Shown here: one piece after another, positions 35,678 through 45,083 of the stretch | Numbering within the stretch: position 1 is the first letter of the stretch | Layout of the letters: the number at the start of each line of letters is the position of its first letter | DNA from: Pedosphaera parvula Ellin514 | Lineage (GTDB): Bacteria; Verrucomicrobiota; Verrucomicrobiia; Limisphaerales; JADJPG01 | DNA: 64,000 nucleotides | Direction of reading: 5' to 3' | NCBI GenBank assembly: GCA_943332515.1 | Contig: CALQPR010000014.1 | Span: 27,283-91,282 of the forward strand | Position numbers and translations under genes: made by a program | The notes under the pieces: generated by a model | What the model was told of the DNA's origin: nothing | Databases searched by the model: none | The model's input: the letters and a program-made list of their open reading frames with translations, nothing else

Positions 35678-38161
35678 TCAATTCACAAAAGACGCTTCGT
35701 TCGCGAGCAACAACGCATGCGCGTATTCGGCCCACGCACCCAGCGGTTTCACGTCACGAACGCCGGCCTTGCGCGCCGTCACCATCGCTTCCCGCTTCGC
35801 CTTCATCTGGTCCTGGATCTTCCCCTTGCCCTTCCCCGGACGAATCGGTTCCGAAGCCGCAGCAACGGGCGCGGCATCGGCTGGAGTCTCAGCAGCGTCC
35901 AAAAACTCCTGGCCCAACTGAATCTCCTCCGCCCGCGGTGACCGTTGGTAAATGATTTCGTAGAGCCGTGTAATCTTTGCCTCGTCCGTCTTGCACGCGG
36001 CGACATCGCGGCGAGCCACCACATTGCGCGCCTGCTCGACGACCAGCGGGCTATTCATGAGATAGAGCGCCTGCTGCGGCACGGTCGTTTGATGACGCCG
36101 GCCGTTCTCCATGCTGGGATTGGCAAAGTCGAAGTGGTTGAAGACTTCAGGCAAATCCGAACGGTCGATGTAGCCATAGATCGTGCGACGCGTCGTGTAG
36201 CCGATGTTCACCGCGCGACCGCTGGGCTCCAGCACCAATGCGGCGCGGAAGTTCCGCCCCTTTGCCATCGCGAGCGGAACGGGTTTCCCATACACATTCG
36301 TGTCCAGCTTCCCGCCGATGGCCAGCAGCGAATCGCGCACCGGCTCGAACTCCAGACGACGCAGGTTCTGCCGCCAGAGGAGGCGATTGAACGGATCAAT
36401 TTGCGCGAAACGAGGATTGTTCCCGCTGCCCTGCTGCCATGCCTGCGACGTGAGAATCAGCCGGTGCATCTGCTTCACCGACCATGTGTGATCCATGAAG
36501 TAGCTCGCGAGGAAGTCGAGCAGCTCGGGATGACTCGCGCCGGAACCCATCGTGCCGAAATCATCCGGCGTCGTGACGATGCCTTCACCGAAATGCTGCT
36601 GCCAGATGCGGTTCACCATCACGCGCGCCGTGAGCGGGTTGCTCTTGCTGGCGATGGCGTTGGCCAGCTCGATGCGTCCGCTGCCGACCGTGAACGGTTT
36701 GCGGTTGGGGCCGGAAATGCACTCGATGAACTGCCTCGGTGCGATCGGCCCTTTGTTCTCCGCCTCGCCGCGCAGGAAGATCGCGGAATCCCTCGGCGTC
36801 GAGTTATCGACCAGGACATGCGCCCGCGCCGGCGCACCGGGATGCGTGAGTTCGAGCGCATCGATCTTGTTCTGAAGCTCGATGCGTTCCTTCAGGACTT
36901 CGCGGTTTGCCTGCTGATTCCCCTTCTTGAACTGCGGCACCTTGGCGTCGAGCCGCTGCTGGAGATTGGTGCGCTGAGTGTAGTAATCGGGATAGTCCGG
37001 ATCGCGCGTCGGGTCACCGCCGATGAGCGGAGCCACCTTCGGCTCGTGGCTGCTCGCGAACACGCCGCGCAAGCCGTAGTAATCCTTCATCGTCACCGGA
37101 TCGAACATGTGATCGTGACACCGCGCGCAGCTCACGGTCAGGCCGAGGAACCCCTTCGTCACGACATCGATGCGGTCGTTGATGATGTCATTCTCGTTGT
37201 TCTGAAAGCGTTCGCCGAGCGTCAGGAAACCGAGCGCGGCAATCGTCGGCTCGCCCTTCGGCAGCGGCAGCTTATCCGCAGCGATCTGCTCGATAATGAA
37301 GCGATCATACGGCTTGTCGTCGTTGAACGCCTTGATGACGTAGTCGCGATACGTCCACGCAAAGGGATAGAGCGGCGTGTCGCGCAGCCGCTTGATCTCG
37401 CCCTTCGTGTCCGAATAGCGCGCCACGTCCAGCCAGTGCCGTCCCCAACGCTCGCCGTATTGCGGCAGGGCCAGGAGTCGGTCGACTACTTTGGCGAAGG
37501 CGTCGGGCGAACTGTCGTCGAGGAACGCCTGCACTTCTTCCGGCGTCGGCGGTAGACCGATCAGATCGTAGTAAGCGCGGCGGATGAGCGTGCGCTTGTC
37601 GGCGGGCGGCGACAGCGTCATGCCCTGCTCGGTCAGCTTCGCGAGGATGAAGGCGTCGATGGGATTTGGGATTGGCGATTGGTGATTGGCGATCGAGGGG
37701 ACAGTCGGTTTCGCCACCGGCTTGAACGCCCAATGCTCCGAGTTTTGAGCTTTGAGCTTTGAACTTGTAGCTTCCCGCGTTCGCGGGTCCGGCGCTCCCA
37801 TCTTCACCCAGGTCACAAGGTCGGCGATCTGCGCCTCGGAAAGCTTCTCGCCCTTGGGCGGCATCTGGAGATCCGGGTCGGTGTAGCGAATCGATTTGAT
37901 GAGCAAGCTCTTCTCCGCATCACCTGGAACGATGGCCGGACCAGAGTCGCCACCCTTCAGCACGCCATCGCGTGAATCGAGCAGCAAGCCTCCCTTTACC
38001 TTCGTCGCCTCCGCACTGTGGCATTTGTAGCAATGCTTGGAGAGGACGGGGCGGACCTTGTTTTCGAAGAACTCGGTTTGAGAGGCGGTCAGCGTCGTGG
38101 TTTGCCCGGCGGCTGTCGCCGTCGAAACACCAAGCACCAAGATCCAAAAACCAAACACCAA
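35678..38161 (-). CDS. PSCyt1 / DUF1549 / DUF1553 protein (second copy, no LamG insert)
   Basis: CYKCHSAEATKVKGGLLLD, NPIDAFILAKL...GLPPTPEEVQAF...QYGERWGRHWLDVARY, CARCHDHMFDP. Starts at TTG 38161 or GTG 38158, with no in-frame ATG upstream before the stop at 38288-38290. Confidence 0.85.
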   Translation of the reverse strand: MVFGFWILVLGVSTATAAGQTTTLTASQTEFFENKVRPVLSKHCYKCHSAEATKVKGGLLLDSRDGVLKGGDSGPAIVPGDAEKSLLIKSIRYTDPDLQMPPKGEKLSEAQIADLVTWVKMGAPDPRTREATSSKLKAQNSEHWAFKPVAKPTVPSIANHQSPIPNPIDAFILAKLTEQGMTLSPPADKRTLIRRAYYDLIGLPPTPEEVQAFLDDSSPDAFAKVVDRLLALPQYGERWGRHWLDVARYSDTKGEIKRLRDTPLYPFAWTYRDYVIKAFNDDKPYDRFIIEQIAADKLPLPKGEPTIAALGFLTLGERFQNNENDIINDRIDVVTKGFLGLTVSCARCHDHMFDPVTMKDYYGLRGVFASSHEPKVAPLIGGDPTRDPDYPDYYTQRTNLQQRLDAKVPQFKKGNQQANREVLKERIELQNKIDALELTHPGAPARAHVLVDNSTPRDSAIFLRGEAENKGPIAPRQFIECISGPNRKPFTVGSGRIELANAIASKSNPLTARVMVNRIWQQHFGEGIVTTPDDFGTMGSGASHPELLDFLASYFMDHTWSVKQMHRLILTSQAWQQGSGNNPRFAQIDPFNRLLWRQNLRRLEFEPVRDSLLAIGGKLDTNVYGKPVPLAMAKGRNFRAALVLEPSGRAVNIGYTTRRTIYGYIDRSDLPEVFNHFDFANPSMENGRRHQTTVPQQALYLMNSPLVVEQARNVVARRDVAACKTDEAKITRLYEIIYQRSPRAEEIQLGQEFLDAAETPADAAPVAAASEPIRPGKGKGKIQDQMKAKREAMVTARKAGVRDVKPLGAWAEYAHALLLANEASFVN

Positions 38162-38211
38162 CCCCCAGCCGACCGTCCCGTTGGTGTTTGGATCTCGGTG
38201 TTTGGTGTTTG
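38123..38211 (-). repeat. Imperfect inverted repeat (~29 bp pairing) joining the DUF1501-PSCyt intergenic region to the first ~12 codons of the PSCyt gene
   Basis: Plus-strand 38126-38161 AACACCAAGCACCAAGATCCAAAAACCAAACACCAA is complementary to 38181-38211 TTGGTGTTTGGATCTCGGTGTTTGGTGTTTG. Pairing is 11 bp, a 7-nt bulge, 5 bp (one G.U), 4 bp, one mismatch, 9 bp. Loop is 19 nt. Confidence 0.8.
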
Positions 38212-38279
38212 TTTGGAGCTTGGATCTTGGGATTTGGTGTTTTGCATCGCCATCTGCTCCCGCGGTTTCAACAGCGCCT

Positions 38280-39722
38280 TCACGCGATCACTCCTTTCAC
38301 CACGCTCCCGTAAACATCCGTCAGCCTAAAATCCCGTCCGTTGTAGCGATAGGTCAGCTTCTCGTGGTCGAAGCCGAGCAGGCGCAGAATCGTCGCGTGC
38401 AGGTCGTGGACATTAACCTTGTTCTCCACTGCCGCCGCGCCGAACTCATCCGTCGCGCCGTAAACCGTTCCGCCCTTCACGCCACCGCCAGCCAGCCAGG
38501 TGCTGAACGCCTTGTTGTTGTGGTCCCGACCGGGATTCTCGTTGCCGTTGCGGTCCCGCACGGGCTTGCGGCCGAACTCGCCGCCCCAGACCACCAGCGT
38601 GCTGTCGAGCAAGCCGCGCTGTTTCAAGTCGGTGAGGAACGCGGCGCACGGGCCGTCGATCTCCGACGCACTCTGACGCAGGCGATCTTCCAGGTCCTGA
38701 TGATGATCCCAGCCGCCGGCCCACACTTGCACGAAGCGCACGCCGCGCTCGATGAGCCGCCGAGTGATGAGCAACTGCCGTCCTTGCGCGGAATTCCCAT
38801 ACAGCTCGCGGATGTTCTGAGGCTCCTTGCTGATGTCGAAGGCGTCACTCGCCTCCATCTGCATGCGATAGGCCATCTCGAACGCCTCGATGCGCGCTTC
38901 GAGCTGCGCCTCCTTCTGGAGATTCTGGCTGTGCATCGCGTTGAGTTTTGCGACGAGGTCGAGCTGATGCCGCTGCTCCTTCACGCCGAGGAACGGATTG
39001 CGGATGTTCTCCAGCATCTGATCCACGCTCGGGCTTTTCGTGTTCACACTCGTGCCTTGATACAGGCCCGGGAGAAACGAAGCCTGCCAGTTCGACGCGC
39101 CGCCGGGCGGGACGTTGCCGGGGCGGAGCGAGATGAATCCCGGCATGTTTTGGTTCTCCGTGCCGAGACCGTAAATCGTCCACGCGCCAAGACTGGGCTT
39201 CGCCATCCGCAGCGAGCCGGTGTTCATGAAGATGGTGGCGACGTCATGCGACGGAATGTCCGTGTGCATCGAGCGGATGACAGCGAGGTCGTCCACGTGT
39301 TGCGCGGTCTTGGAAAACACTTCACTGACCTCGATGCCTGACTTGCCATACTTCGCGAACTTGAACGGCGACGCGTAGCCGACGCCACTCGAACCCGCGA
39401 TCGACTTGCCGTCGTATTGCGTGAGCGCGGGCTTCGGGTCCCAAGTGTCCACCTGCGACGGCGCGCCCTGGGCAAAGATATGAACAACGTGCTTCGCCTT
39501 GGCCGACAACGGAGCTTTCCTGGGCGACAGCGGGTGATTGGAAGTCTCGGTGAGCGCGGCGGCTTCTGCGGCGGAGACGGGATTCTCGGCAAACATCGTC
39601 GCGAGACCGAGCGCGCCGAGACCCATGCCAAAGCGGTTGAGAAACTGGCGGCGGGTCTGGAACAGATCTTCGAGGCGGAGGGTATGGTCCGCGAGATATT
39701 TCGGGTCGTTCTTCATAGGCAC
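38280..39722 (-). CDS. DUF1501 family protein with Tat signal (second copy)
   Basis: FQTRRQFLNRFGMGLGALGLATMFA. IFAQGAPSQVDTWDPKP, GRDHNNKAFSTWLAGGGVKGG. 480 aa. Confidence 0.88.
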   Translation of the reverse strand: MPMKNDPKYLADHTLRLEDLFQTRRQFLNRFGMGLGALGLATMFAENPVSAAEAAALTETSNHPLSPRKAPLSAKAKHVVHIFAQGAPSQVDTWDPKPALTQYDGKSIAGSSGVGYASPFKFAKYGKSGIEVSEVFSKTAQHVDDLAVIRSMHTDIPSHDVATIFMNTGSLRMAKPSLGAWTIYGLGTENQNMPGFISLRPGNVPPGGASNWQASFLPGLYQGTSVNTKSPSVDQMLENIRNPFLGVKEQRHQLDLVAKLNAMHSQNLQKEAQLEARIEAFEMAYRMQMEASDAFDISKEPQNIRELYGNSAQGRQLLITRRLIERGVRFVQVWAGGWDHHQDLEDRLRQSASEIDGPCAAFLTDLKQRGLLDSTLVVWGGEFGRKPVRDRNGNENPGRDHNNKAFSTWLAGGGVKGGTVYGATDEFGAAAVENKVNVHDLHATILRLLGFDHEKLTYRYNGRDFRLTDVYGSVVKGVIA

Positions 39723-39807
39723 AACAGCAATGCTTGCTGGCTAACTCAGACGCGACTGGGCGCGAAAAGGTATCAGCGTCCGACGAAGAATCATCGGCTG
39801 AACCGGG

Positions 39808-39845
39808 CAAAGAGAAAGGCGCGGCGACCCTTCGGCCACCGCGCC
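39808..39845 (-). terminator. Rho-independent terminator after the MBL-dehydrogenase gene
   Basis: Stem GGCGCGG / CCGCGCC (39819-39825 / 39839-39845). On the minus strand it is followed by TTTCTCTTTGCC. Confidence 0.6.
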
Positions 39846-39870
39846 CGTGAAATCAGCGAAGTCCCGCCGC

Positions 39871-41622
39871 TTACTTCTTCTTCGACTTGTGGCGGCCCTT
39901 GAACGTGAGTTCAGCGATGCCGGACTTGTCGAGTTCGCCCAGACCTTCCTTCACCATCCGGGTGTATTGCTTGAGCGTCGCCGTGCCGAGCGGGAGGTTC
40001 ATCTTCTTTTCCACGCCGAGCTTCAGCGCGATGCCGGAATCTTTCGCGGCGTGGCTGGCGCTGAAGAAGCACGAGTGATCGCGGTTCATCATGTCTTCGC
40101 CGTCGGTCGCAAGCACGCGGCTGTTCGCGCCGGTCTGCGAGAAGACTTCCATGAGCAGCTTGAGATCGACGCCATAAGCTTGGCCGACAGCGAGACCTTC
40201 AGCGAGACCGGCCGTGTTGATGTTCATGACCATGTTCACGAGCGCCTTCACGATGCCCGCCTGACCGGCCTTGCCGATGTAACGCAGAAGTTTGCCCTCG
40301 TCGCTCAGCTTGGTCAGGAGCGGCTTGAGCTTCTTGAAGACCGCTTCATCGCCGCCAATCATCAGATACAGCGTGCCCGCGAGCGCCTGGTTGATGCTCG
40401 ATGCCATGCAGGCTTCGAGCGAGGCGGCGCCGGCTTTCTTCGCAAGCTTCTCGACGTTGATGTGCGTCTTCGGCGAGACGGTGGCGCAGTTGATGAACGT
40501 GCGGCCTTTCGCGCCTTTGAGCAGGCTGTCCTTCTTGCCGGTGAAGATGGCGTCCATCGCCTTGTCGTCCGTGACGACCGTGATGATCACGTCGGAAAGC
40601 TCGGTGACGCGGGCGAGGGTGGCGCAGGCTTCGGCGCCGATTTCCTTCGCGACGTCCGTGGCGGACTGCGCGCGCACGTCATAGACGGCGGTGACGGGGT
40701 AACCACATTCCTTGAGGCGGCGGGCCATGTTCGCGCCCATGCGTCCAACGCCGACGACTCCAATTCGTTCTGCCATAGTCTTGTCTTTCTTAGTTAATGA
40801 TTTTTGGAACTCAGGATAAAAAGGATTGTGCGCCTTCTCTTCGCCAACCGTCGTCAGCGGGCCGTGGCCACAGCAAAGGACGGTGTTGTCCGGCAGCGTG
40901 AAGATCTTCCGGCGATTGGTATCGAGCGCCTCAGCGAAGGAGATCATCCCGCCGCCCATCGACCCGGCGAAGACCGCGTCGCCGACGATGGCCACCGGAC
41001 GTTTCAATCCAGAGATGACGTAAGTGATGCCGCCCGCCGCGTGGCCGGAAGTCTGGCGCGTCTCGATTTTCAGCGCACCAACCTTGAACGTCTTGCCTTC
41101 GCTGAACGGCTGCGCGTCCGCGAAATTCTCGCCCTGCCCCACCCAGGCCGGCGCACAGGTCTCCGCCTTCAATCGCGGGAGATCAACAATGTGATCGATG
41201 TGAGTGTGGGTGAGAAGAATGAGCTTGATCGTCAGGCCATTGGCCTTGGCAAACTGAAGCGCCGGGCTGCAATCCGCACCAGTGTCGAACACGACGGCCT
41301 GCTTCGACTTTGCGTCCCACGCGAGATAAAGGTTCACCGTCATGTCCTCATAGACGGTATTGAACTGCTGGAGTCCGGCGACCTCCACGGGTTCCGGGAA
41401 CCAGGCTTTCCGGGCGCTGTCGATGAGCGTACCGGAACCGAGATTCAGGTTGAACGCGAGCGTCTCCAGAATCGCCTCGTTCGCCTCGCCGCCTTTGACA
41501 CGCGCGAGGTCGTCGAGCGAGATGCCCGCCTTGGCGGCGAGCTGATCGTCGGAGAATTTCAAACCACGTTGGGTCTTGCCAACGATGTCGCTGAAGCTGT
41601 CTTCCAATGGAATGGTGGCCAT
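39871..41622 (-). CDS. In-frame fusion: MBL-fold metallo-hydrolase (glyoxalase II-like) + NAD(P)-dependent beta-hydroxyacid dehydrogenase (HIBADH/6PGDH-like)
   Basis: N-half has LILLTHTHIDHI (HxHxDH), SGHAAGG, CCGHGPLTTVGEEKAHNPF. A linker YPEFQKSLTKKDKT is followed by MAERIGVVGVGRMGANMARRL (Rossmann) and ...GKAGQAGIVKALVNM. No stop codon between the halves (checked at 40775-40800). ATG at 41622 preferred over the track start 41679. Confidence 0.8.
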   Translation of the reverse strand: MATIPLEDSFSDIVGKTQRGLKFSDDQLAAKAGISLDDLARVKGGEANEAILETLAFNLNLGSGTLIDSARKAWFPEPVEVAGLQQFNTVYEDMTVNLYLAWDAKSKQAVVFDTGADCSPALQFAKANGLTIKLILLTHTHIDHIVDLPRLKAETCAPAWVGQGENFADAQPFSEGKTFKVGALKIETRQTSGHAAGGITYVISGLKRPVAIVGDAVFAGSMGGGMISFAEALDTNRRKIFTLPDNTVLCCGHGPLTTVGEEKAHNPFYPEFQKSLTKKDKTMAERIGVVGVGRMGANMARRLKECGYPVTAVYDVRAQSATDVAKEIGAEACATLARVTELSDVIITVVTDDKAMDAIFTGKKDSLLKGAKGRTFINCATVSPKTHINVEKLAKKAGAASLEACMASSINQALAGTLYLMIGGDEAVFKKLKPLLTKLSDEGKLLRYIGKAGQAGIVKALVNMVMNINTAGLAEGLAVGQAYGVDLKLLMEVFSQTGANSRVLATDGEDMMNRDHSCFFSASHAAKDSGIALKLGVEKKMNLPLGTATLKQYTRMVKEGLGELDKSGIAELTFKGRHKSKKK

Positions 41623-41675
41623 GAGTGCGGTGACGTTATTCAGGTGAATTCGGGAAGGGAACAAAAAAGTGGGCT

Positions 41676-41716
41676 GCAAAAAGGAAAGAGCGGCTGCGTA
41701 CTCAAAACGCAGCCGC
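41676..41716 (-). terminator. Rho-independent terminator after the porin gene
   Basis: 10-bp stem GCGGCTGCGT / ACGCAGCCGC (41690-41699 / 41707-41716). On the minus strand it is followed by TCTTTCCTTTTTG. Confidence 0.75.
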
Positions 41717-41748
41717 CCGGAACGAAGGAACCAACCTGAAAGTGGTTA

Positions 41749-43245
41749 CTAGAACCGAATCACGGTCTGGAGATAGACCCAGTCGGCATCAGAGGAGCCA
41801 CCGGCGTTTTCCCAGGTTTGATCGATGTATTTGCCGGTGAAGAAATGGCCGTACCCGGCTTCGATCGCAGTGAATTTGTTCACCGCGTAGCCGGCCACCA
41901 CGTCGATCTCGGCACCAACGAAACTGTCGTAGGTGGGATTGCGCCCGAACCCGTTGGGGTTGGCACCCGCGCCACGCCCTGCACCGCCGACATTATAGAG
42001 ATTGTCCGCCGTGTCGGCCAACCAGAAGAGGTGTCCCTCGACCGCGAAGGTGAGCTGAGAGAGCGGCTTCATCTGGAAGATGGCACGCACGTCGTGAAGG
42101 TTCTGCCATGAGAGGTAATCCATGTATCCGTAGAACTTGTGGTTCGTGGGATACAGATTGTCGAACGTGCCATGCTGGTCGTCGGTCGGGTCGCTGTCGC
42201 CGGTGGCGTAAGCGTATTCGAGCGCGACGCGTGGCTTGCCGAAGACTTCCTCAAAGGTGTAGCCCGCGTTGGCCATGAACGCGAAGGCTTCATGTTCCTG
42301 ACGATCTCCGGTGAGCGTTCCCTTCCAGTTACCGAACTGATACGCACCCTCGACTGTGAAATCGAATCCGCCGAACTCGTTCGTGCCGGACTTCATGCGA
42401 CCGCCGAGCGTGTAGATGTCACGAGCGACGGGTGCAGCCATCTGGAACGGCGGGAACGAAACCGGGTCCTGGGCGGTGGCGCTGCCGATGCCGTCGTTGC
42501 GGGCGAAGAAGTAAAGTTCGGTCAACGTCTTTGGAATCTTCTTCGTCGAGATGTGAACGCCCGAGAAGACATTGTAGTCGTTCCAATGGTTGAAGCTGTT
42601 GTCGTCGGGCAACACGATCTTGCTGGAGAAGGCTTCCGCTGCAAACAGGGAGTTCTGCCAGCGAACTTTCGCGGCATCGAACACCCGGCCAATGTTGTTC
42701 CAAGCGAACGCACCAACCAGACGCTCGTCGCCGTAGCTCAGTTCCTGACGGCCGACCTTGAGCGACACGGGAAATTCCTTATGGTTGCCGAGCGTCACGT
42801 AGGCCTGATGGAGATCGGCGGGACCATCGGACTCCGGGCCAGCGCCGCCGGGCCCCGGGATGCTCGCGTTCCATGAACGATCGTCACCGCTGGTTCCGCT
42901 GCTGCGACCTTGCACATAGACATTCCACCACTTCGCCGTGTAACCGATGTGCGCGAGAATCTTGTCACTGAAGTAGCTGTTGTCGTTGTCCACCGTGGTG
43001 CCGCTGGTGTTTCGCCAGTCGTTTACCGGTGGCAGGCCAAGTCCGTTTTCCTTCAGCTCATAGCGCAGGCGCACGGAGCCGCCAATGTCCCACACGGAGT
43101 AGTAGGGATCTTGTTTGCGCAGGAAATCGTTGATGAATCCGGGGAACGGCTGGGGCGGCGGGGGCGGTGCGTATTGCGCGATGACGGGCGAGACGTAGCC
43201 GAGAGCGACGGCAGTCGAGGCGAGGGCGAAAAAGGATTTATTCAT
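41749..43245 (-). CDS. Outer-membrane beta-barrel porin (alginate-export-family-like)
   Basis: Signal peptide [24 protein letters not shown]. Alternating beta-strand pattern, aromatic C-terminus ...YLQTVIRF*. Its ATG overlaps the stop of the upstream ABC ATPase (ATGA). Confidence 0.75.
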   Translation of the reverse strand: MNKSFFALASTAVALGYVSPVIAQYAPPPPPQPFPGFINDFLRKQDPYYSVWDIGGSVRLRYELKENGLGLPPVNDWRNTSGTTVDNDNSYFSDKILAHIGYTAKWWNVYVQGRSSGTSGDDRSWNASIPGPGGAGPESDGPADLHQAYVTLGNHKEFPVSLKVGRQELSYGDERLVGAFAWNNIGRVFDAAKVRWQNSLFAAEAFSSKIVLPDDNSFNHWNDYNVFSGVHISTKKIPKTLTELYFFARNDGIGSATAQDPVSFPPFQMAAPVARDIYTLGGRMKSGTNEFGGFDFTVEGAYQFGNWKGTLTGDRQEHEAFAFMANAGYTFEEVFGKPRVALEYAYATGDSDPTDDQHGTFDNLYPTNHKFYGYMDYLSWQNLHDVRAIFQMKPLSQLTFAVEGHLFWLADTADNLYNVGGAGRGAGANPNGFGRNPTYDSFVGAEIDVVAGYAVNKFTAIEAGYGHFFTGKYIDQTWENAGGSSDADWVYLQTVIRF

Positions 43246-44153
43246 ACGTGAGCAGTTTCGGACTTAGGTAGCTTTTGGAATTGATTTGTATCAAGAGTTT
43301 GCCCCTTTGGAGGGGTGCTGGCTGACAACGGATCCGGAGGCGGGACAGTGGCGGACGCTGGTGGTTTGGAGTGTTTTTTATGCGCGTGGACTTCGAGGAA
43401 TTCGATGAGGTGTTCGCGGAGCTTGTAGTACTCGGGATGCTCCATCACCGCCTTGCGCTCGCGCGGACGCGGGAAGTTCACCTCCAGAATGTCGCCAACC
43501 TCGGCCTCGGGACCATCCGTCATGCAGATGACACGGTCGGAGAGGAAGAGAGCTTCATCGACATCGTGCGTGACCATGAGCGCGGTGATCTTGTTCTTGC
43601 GCCACAGCTCGATGAGCACCTGTTGCAGCTCGTAGCGCGTGAGCGAATCCAACATGCCGAACGGCTCGTCGAGCAGGAGCATCTTCGGCTTGAGCGCGAA
43701 GGCGCGCGCGATGCCAACGCGTTGACGCATACCTTGTGAAAGCTCAGCGGGCTTCTTGTGCATCGATTCGCCGAGGCCGACGACGGTGAGGTAATACTCC
43801 ACGATCTGCGCGCGCTCTTCCTTGGTCGCGGTAAAAAAGACCTGCTCGACGCCTATCATCACGTTTTCAAACGCCGTCATCCACGGGAGCAGACAGGGCG
43901 ATTGGAATACGACTCCGCGATCCGGCCCAGGTCCGTCGAGTTCCCGCCCGGCGAGAACGATGCCGCCATCGGTGATCTCGTTCAGACCGGCCAGCATCGA
44001 GAGGACGGTGGATTTCCCGCAGCCCGAGTGGCCGATGAGCGTGACGAACTCGCCCTTCTTGATGCGGAGATTGAAATCCTTGACGATGATCGCCGGGCCT
44101 TTCGGCGTCGGGTAAGTCTTCGTCAGGTTGGAAAGTTCAACGTAGTCCCTCAT
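43242..44153 (-). CDS. Nitrate/bicarbonate/sulfonate-type ABC transporter ATP-binding protein (NrtD/NrtC-like)
   Basis: [69 protein letters not shown]. Confidence 0.85.
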   Translation of the reverse strand: MRDYVELSNLTKTYPTPKGPAIIVKDFNLRIKKGEFVTLIGHSGCGKSTVLSMLAGLNEITDGGIVLAGRELDGPGPDRGVVFQSPCLLPWMTAFENVMIGVEQVFFTATKEERAQIVEYYLTVVGLGESMHKKPAELSQGMRQRVGIARAFALKPKMLLLDEPFGMLDSLTRYELQQVLIELWRKNKITALMVTHDVDEALFLSDRVICMTDGPEAEVGDILEVNFPRPRERKAVMEHPEYYKLREHLIEFLEVHAHKKHSKPPASATVPPPDPLSASTPPKGQTLDTNQFQKLPKSETAHV

Positions 44154-44177
44154 GTCGATTTGGGTTCCCGCCGTGCG

Positions 44178-45077
44178 TCAGACTTCAATCTTCTCCTCCT
44201 GAATTTCGTGTGAGCGTTTCGGCGTGGTGCGCCGCGCGCCCAGTGAACGCAACACGGTGAGGTCTTCCGGCTCGATGTCCGGGAGCACGAGTTTGCGCGT
44301 CACCGTGGTCTTCTGGTCGTGCTTGGAGTTGAGCAGGAACTCGGTCACATCGCGACGAAGCTGCTTGAAATGCGCGTCGTGGTTGATGGCCTTGCGGTCG
44401 CGCGGTCGCGGAATGTCCACGGTGAAGGAAGGCCCCAGCGTCGCGCCCGGCCCGGCGGTGAGCGGGATGATGCGGTCAGCGAGGTAAATGCCTTCGTCGG
44501 GATCGTTTGTGATGAGCACGACGGTCTTGTGGGTTTCCTCGCGGATGCGCGAAATCTCGTCCTGCAACGTGGCCCGCGTGAGCGCGTCGAGCGCGGAGAG
44601 CGGTTCGTCGAGCAGCAGAATTTGCGGCTCCATGGCCAGCGCACGCGCCACGCTCACGCGCTGACGCATGCCGCCGGAAAGTTCGGAGGGAAGTTTGCCG
44701 CGCGCCGGCGTGAGGTTCACCATCTTGATGTAACGCTCGATGTGTTCGCGGCGCTTCTCGACATCCCAGTCACCGAAGACCTGATCCACAGCCAGCGAGA
44801 TGTTCTCAAAGACGGTGAGCCACGGGAGCAGCGAATAGTTTTGGAAGACGATGCCGCGATCCGGTCCTGGGCCGGTCACCGGCTGGCCGCCCAGCATGAC
44901 CGTGCCAGTGTCCGCCTTCAGCAAACCCGCGATGAGGCTGATCAAGGTGGTCTTGCCCGCGCCAGAGAAACCGACGACGGCAACGAACTCGCCCTTGGCG
45001 ATGCTGAGGTTCACATCCATCAGCACGCACGAGCTGCCGAAGGATTTGCTGACGTTGCTGAGTTCGAGTAACGACAT
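44178..45077 (-). CDS. Nitrate/bicarbonate/sulfonate-type ABC transporter ATP-binding protein (NrtC/NrtD-like, no fused regulatory domain)
   Basis: [69 protein letters not shown]. Only 299 aa. Confidence 0.85.
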   Translation of the reverse strand: MSLLELSNVSKSFGSSCVLMDVNLSIAKGEFVAVVGFSGAGKTTLISLIAGLLKADTGTVMLGGQPVTGPGPDRGIVFQNYSLLPWLTVFENISLAVDQVFGDWDVEKRREHIERYIKMVNLTPARGKLPSELSGGMRQRVSVARALAMEPQILLLDEPLSALDALTRATLQDEISRIREETHKTVVLITNDPDEGIYLADRIIPLTAGPGATLGPSFTVDIPRPRDRKAINHDAHFKQLRRDVTEFLLNSKHDQKTTVTRKLVLPDIEPEDLTVLRSLGARRTTPKRSHEIQEEKIEV

Positions 45078-45083
45078 AATGCT

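Noticed and set aside
37655-37775. Short tandem-looking repeats (GGGATTTGGGATTGGCGATTGGTGATTGGCGAT and GAGCTTTGAGCTTTGA), with a similar patch at 20281-20325, considered as microsatellite or CRISPR-like
   Set aside because: They lie inside the PSCyt/DUF1549 coding frames. They encode the conserved ...SPI(P/T)N(P/S)IDAFI motif and a Ser/Lys linker. There is no spacer-repeat periodicity.
35945-39341. Plus-strand ORFs of 536 aa (35945-37555) and 414 aa (38097-39341)
   Set aside because: They are antisense to the PSCyt/DUF1553 and DUF1501 genes, which carry clear family motifs on the minus strand.
40775-40800. Treating the MBL hydrolase and the dehydrogenase as two separate adjacent genes
   Set aside because: Codon-by-codon reading shows no in-frame stop between ...NPFYPEFQKSLTKKDKT and MAERIGVVG. 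I therefore call one fused ORF, while flagging that an internal start or a sequencing error cannot be excluded.
39847-41739. Plus-strand ORFs of 316 aa (39847-40797) and 311 aa (40804-41739)
   Set aside because: They are antisense to the MBL/dehydrogenase fusion, which has HxHxDH and Rossmann motifs on the minus strand.
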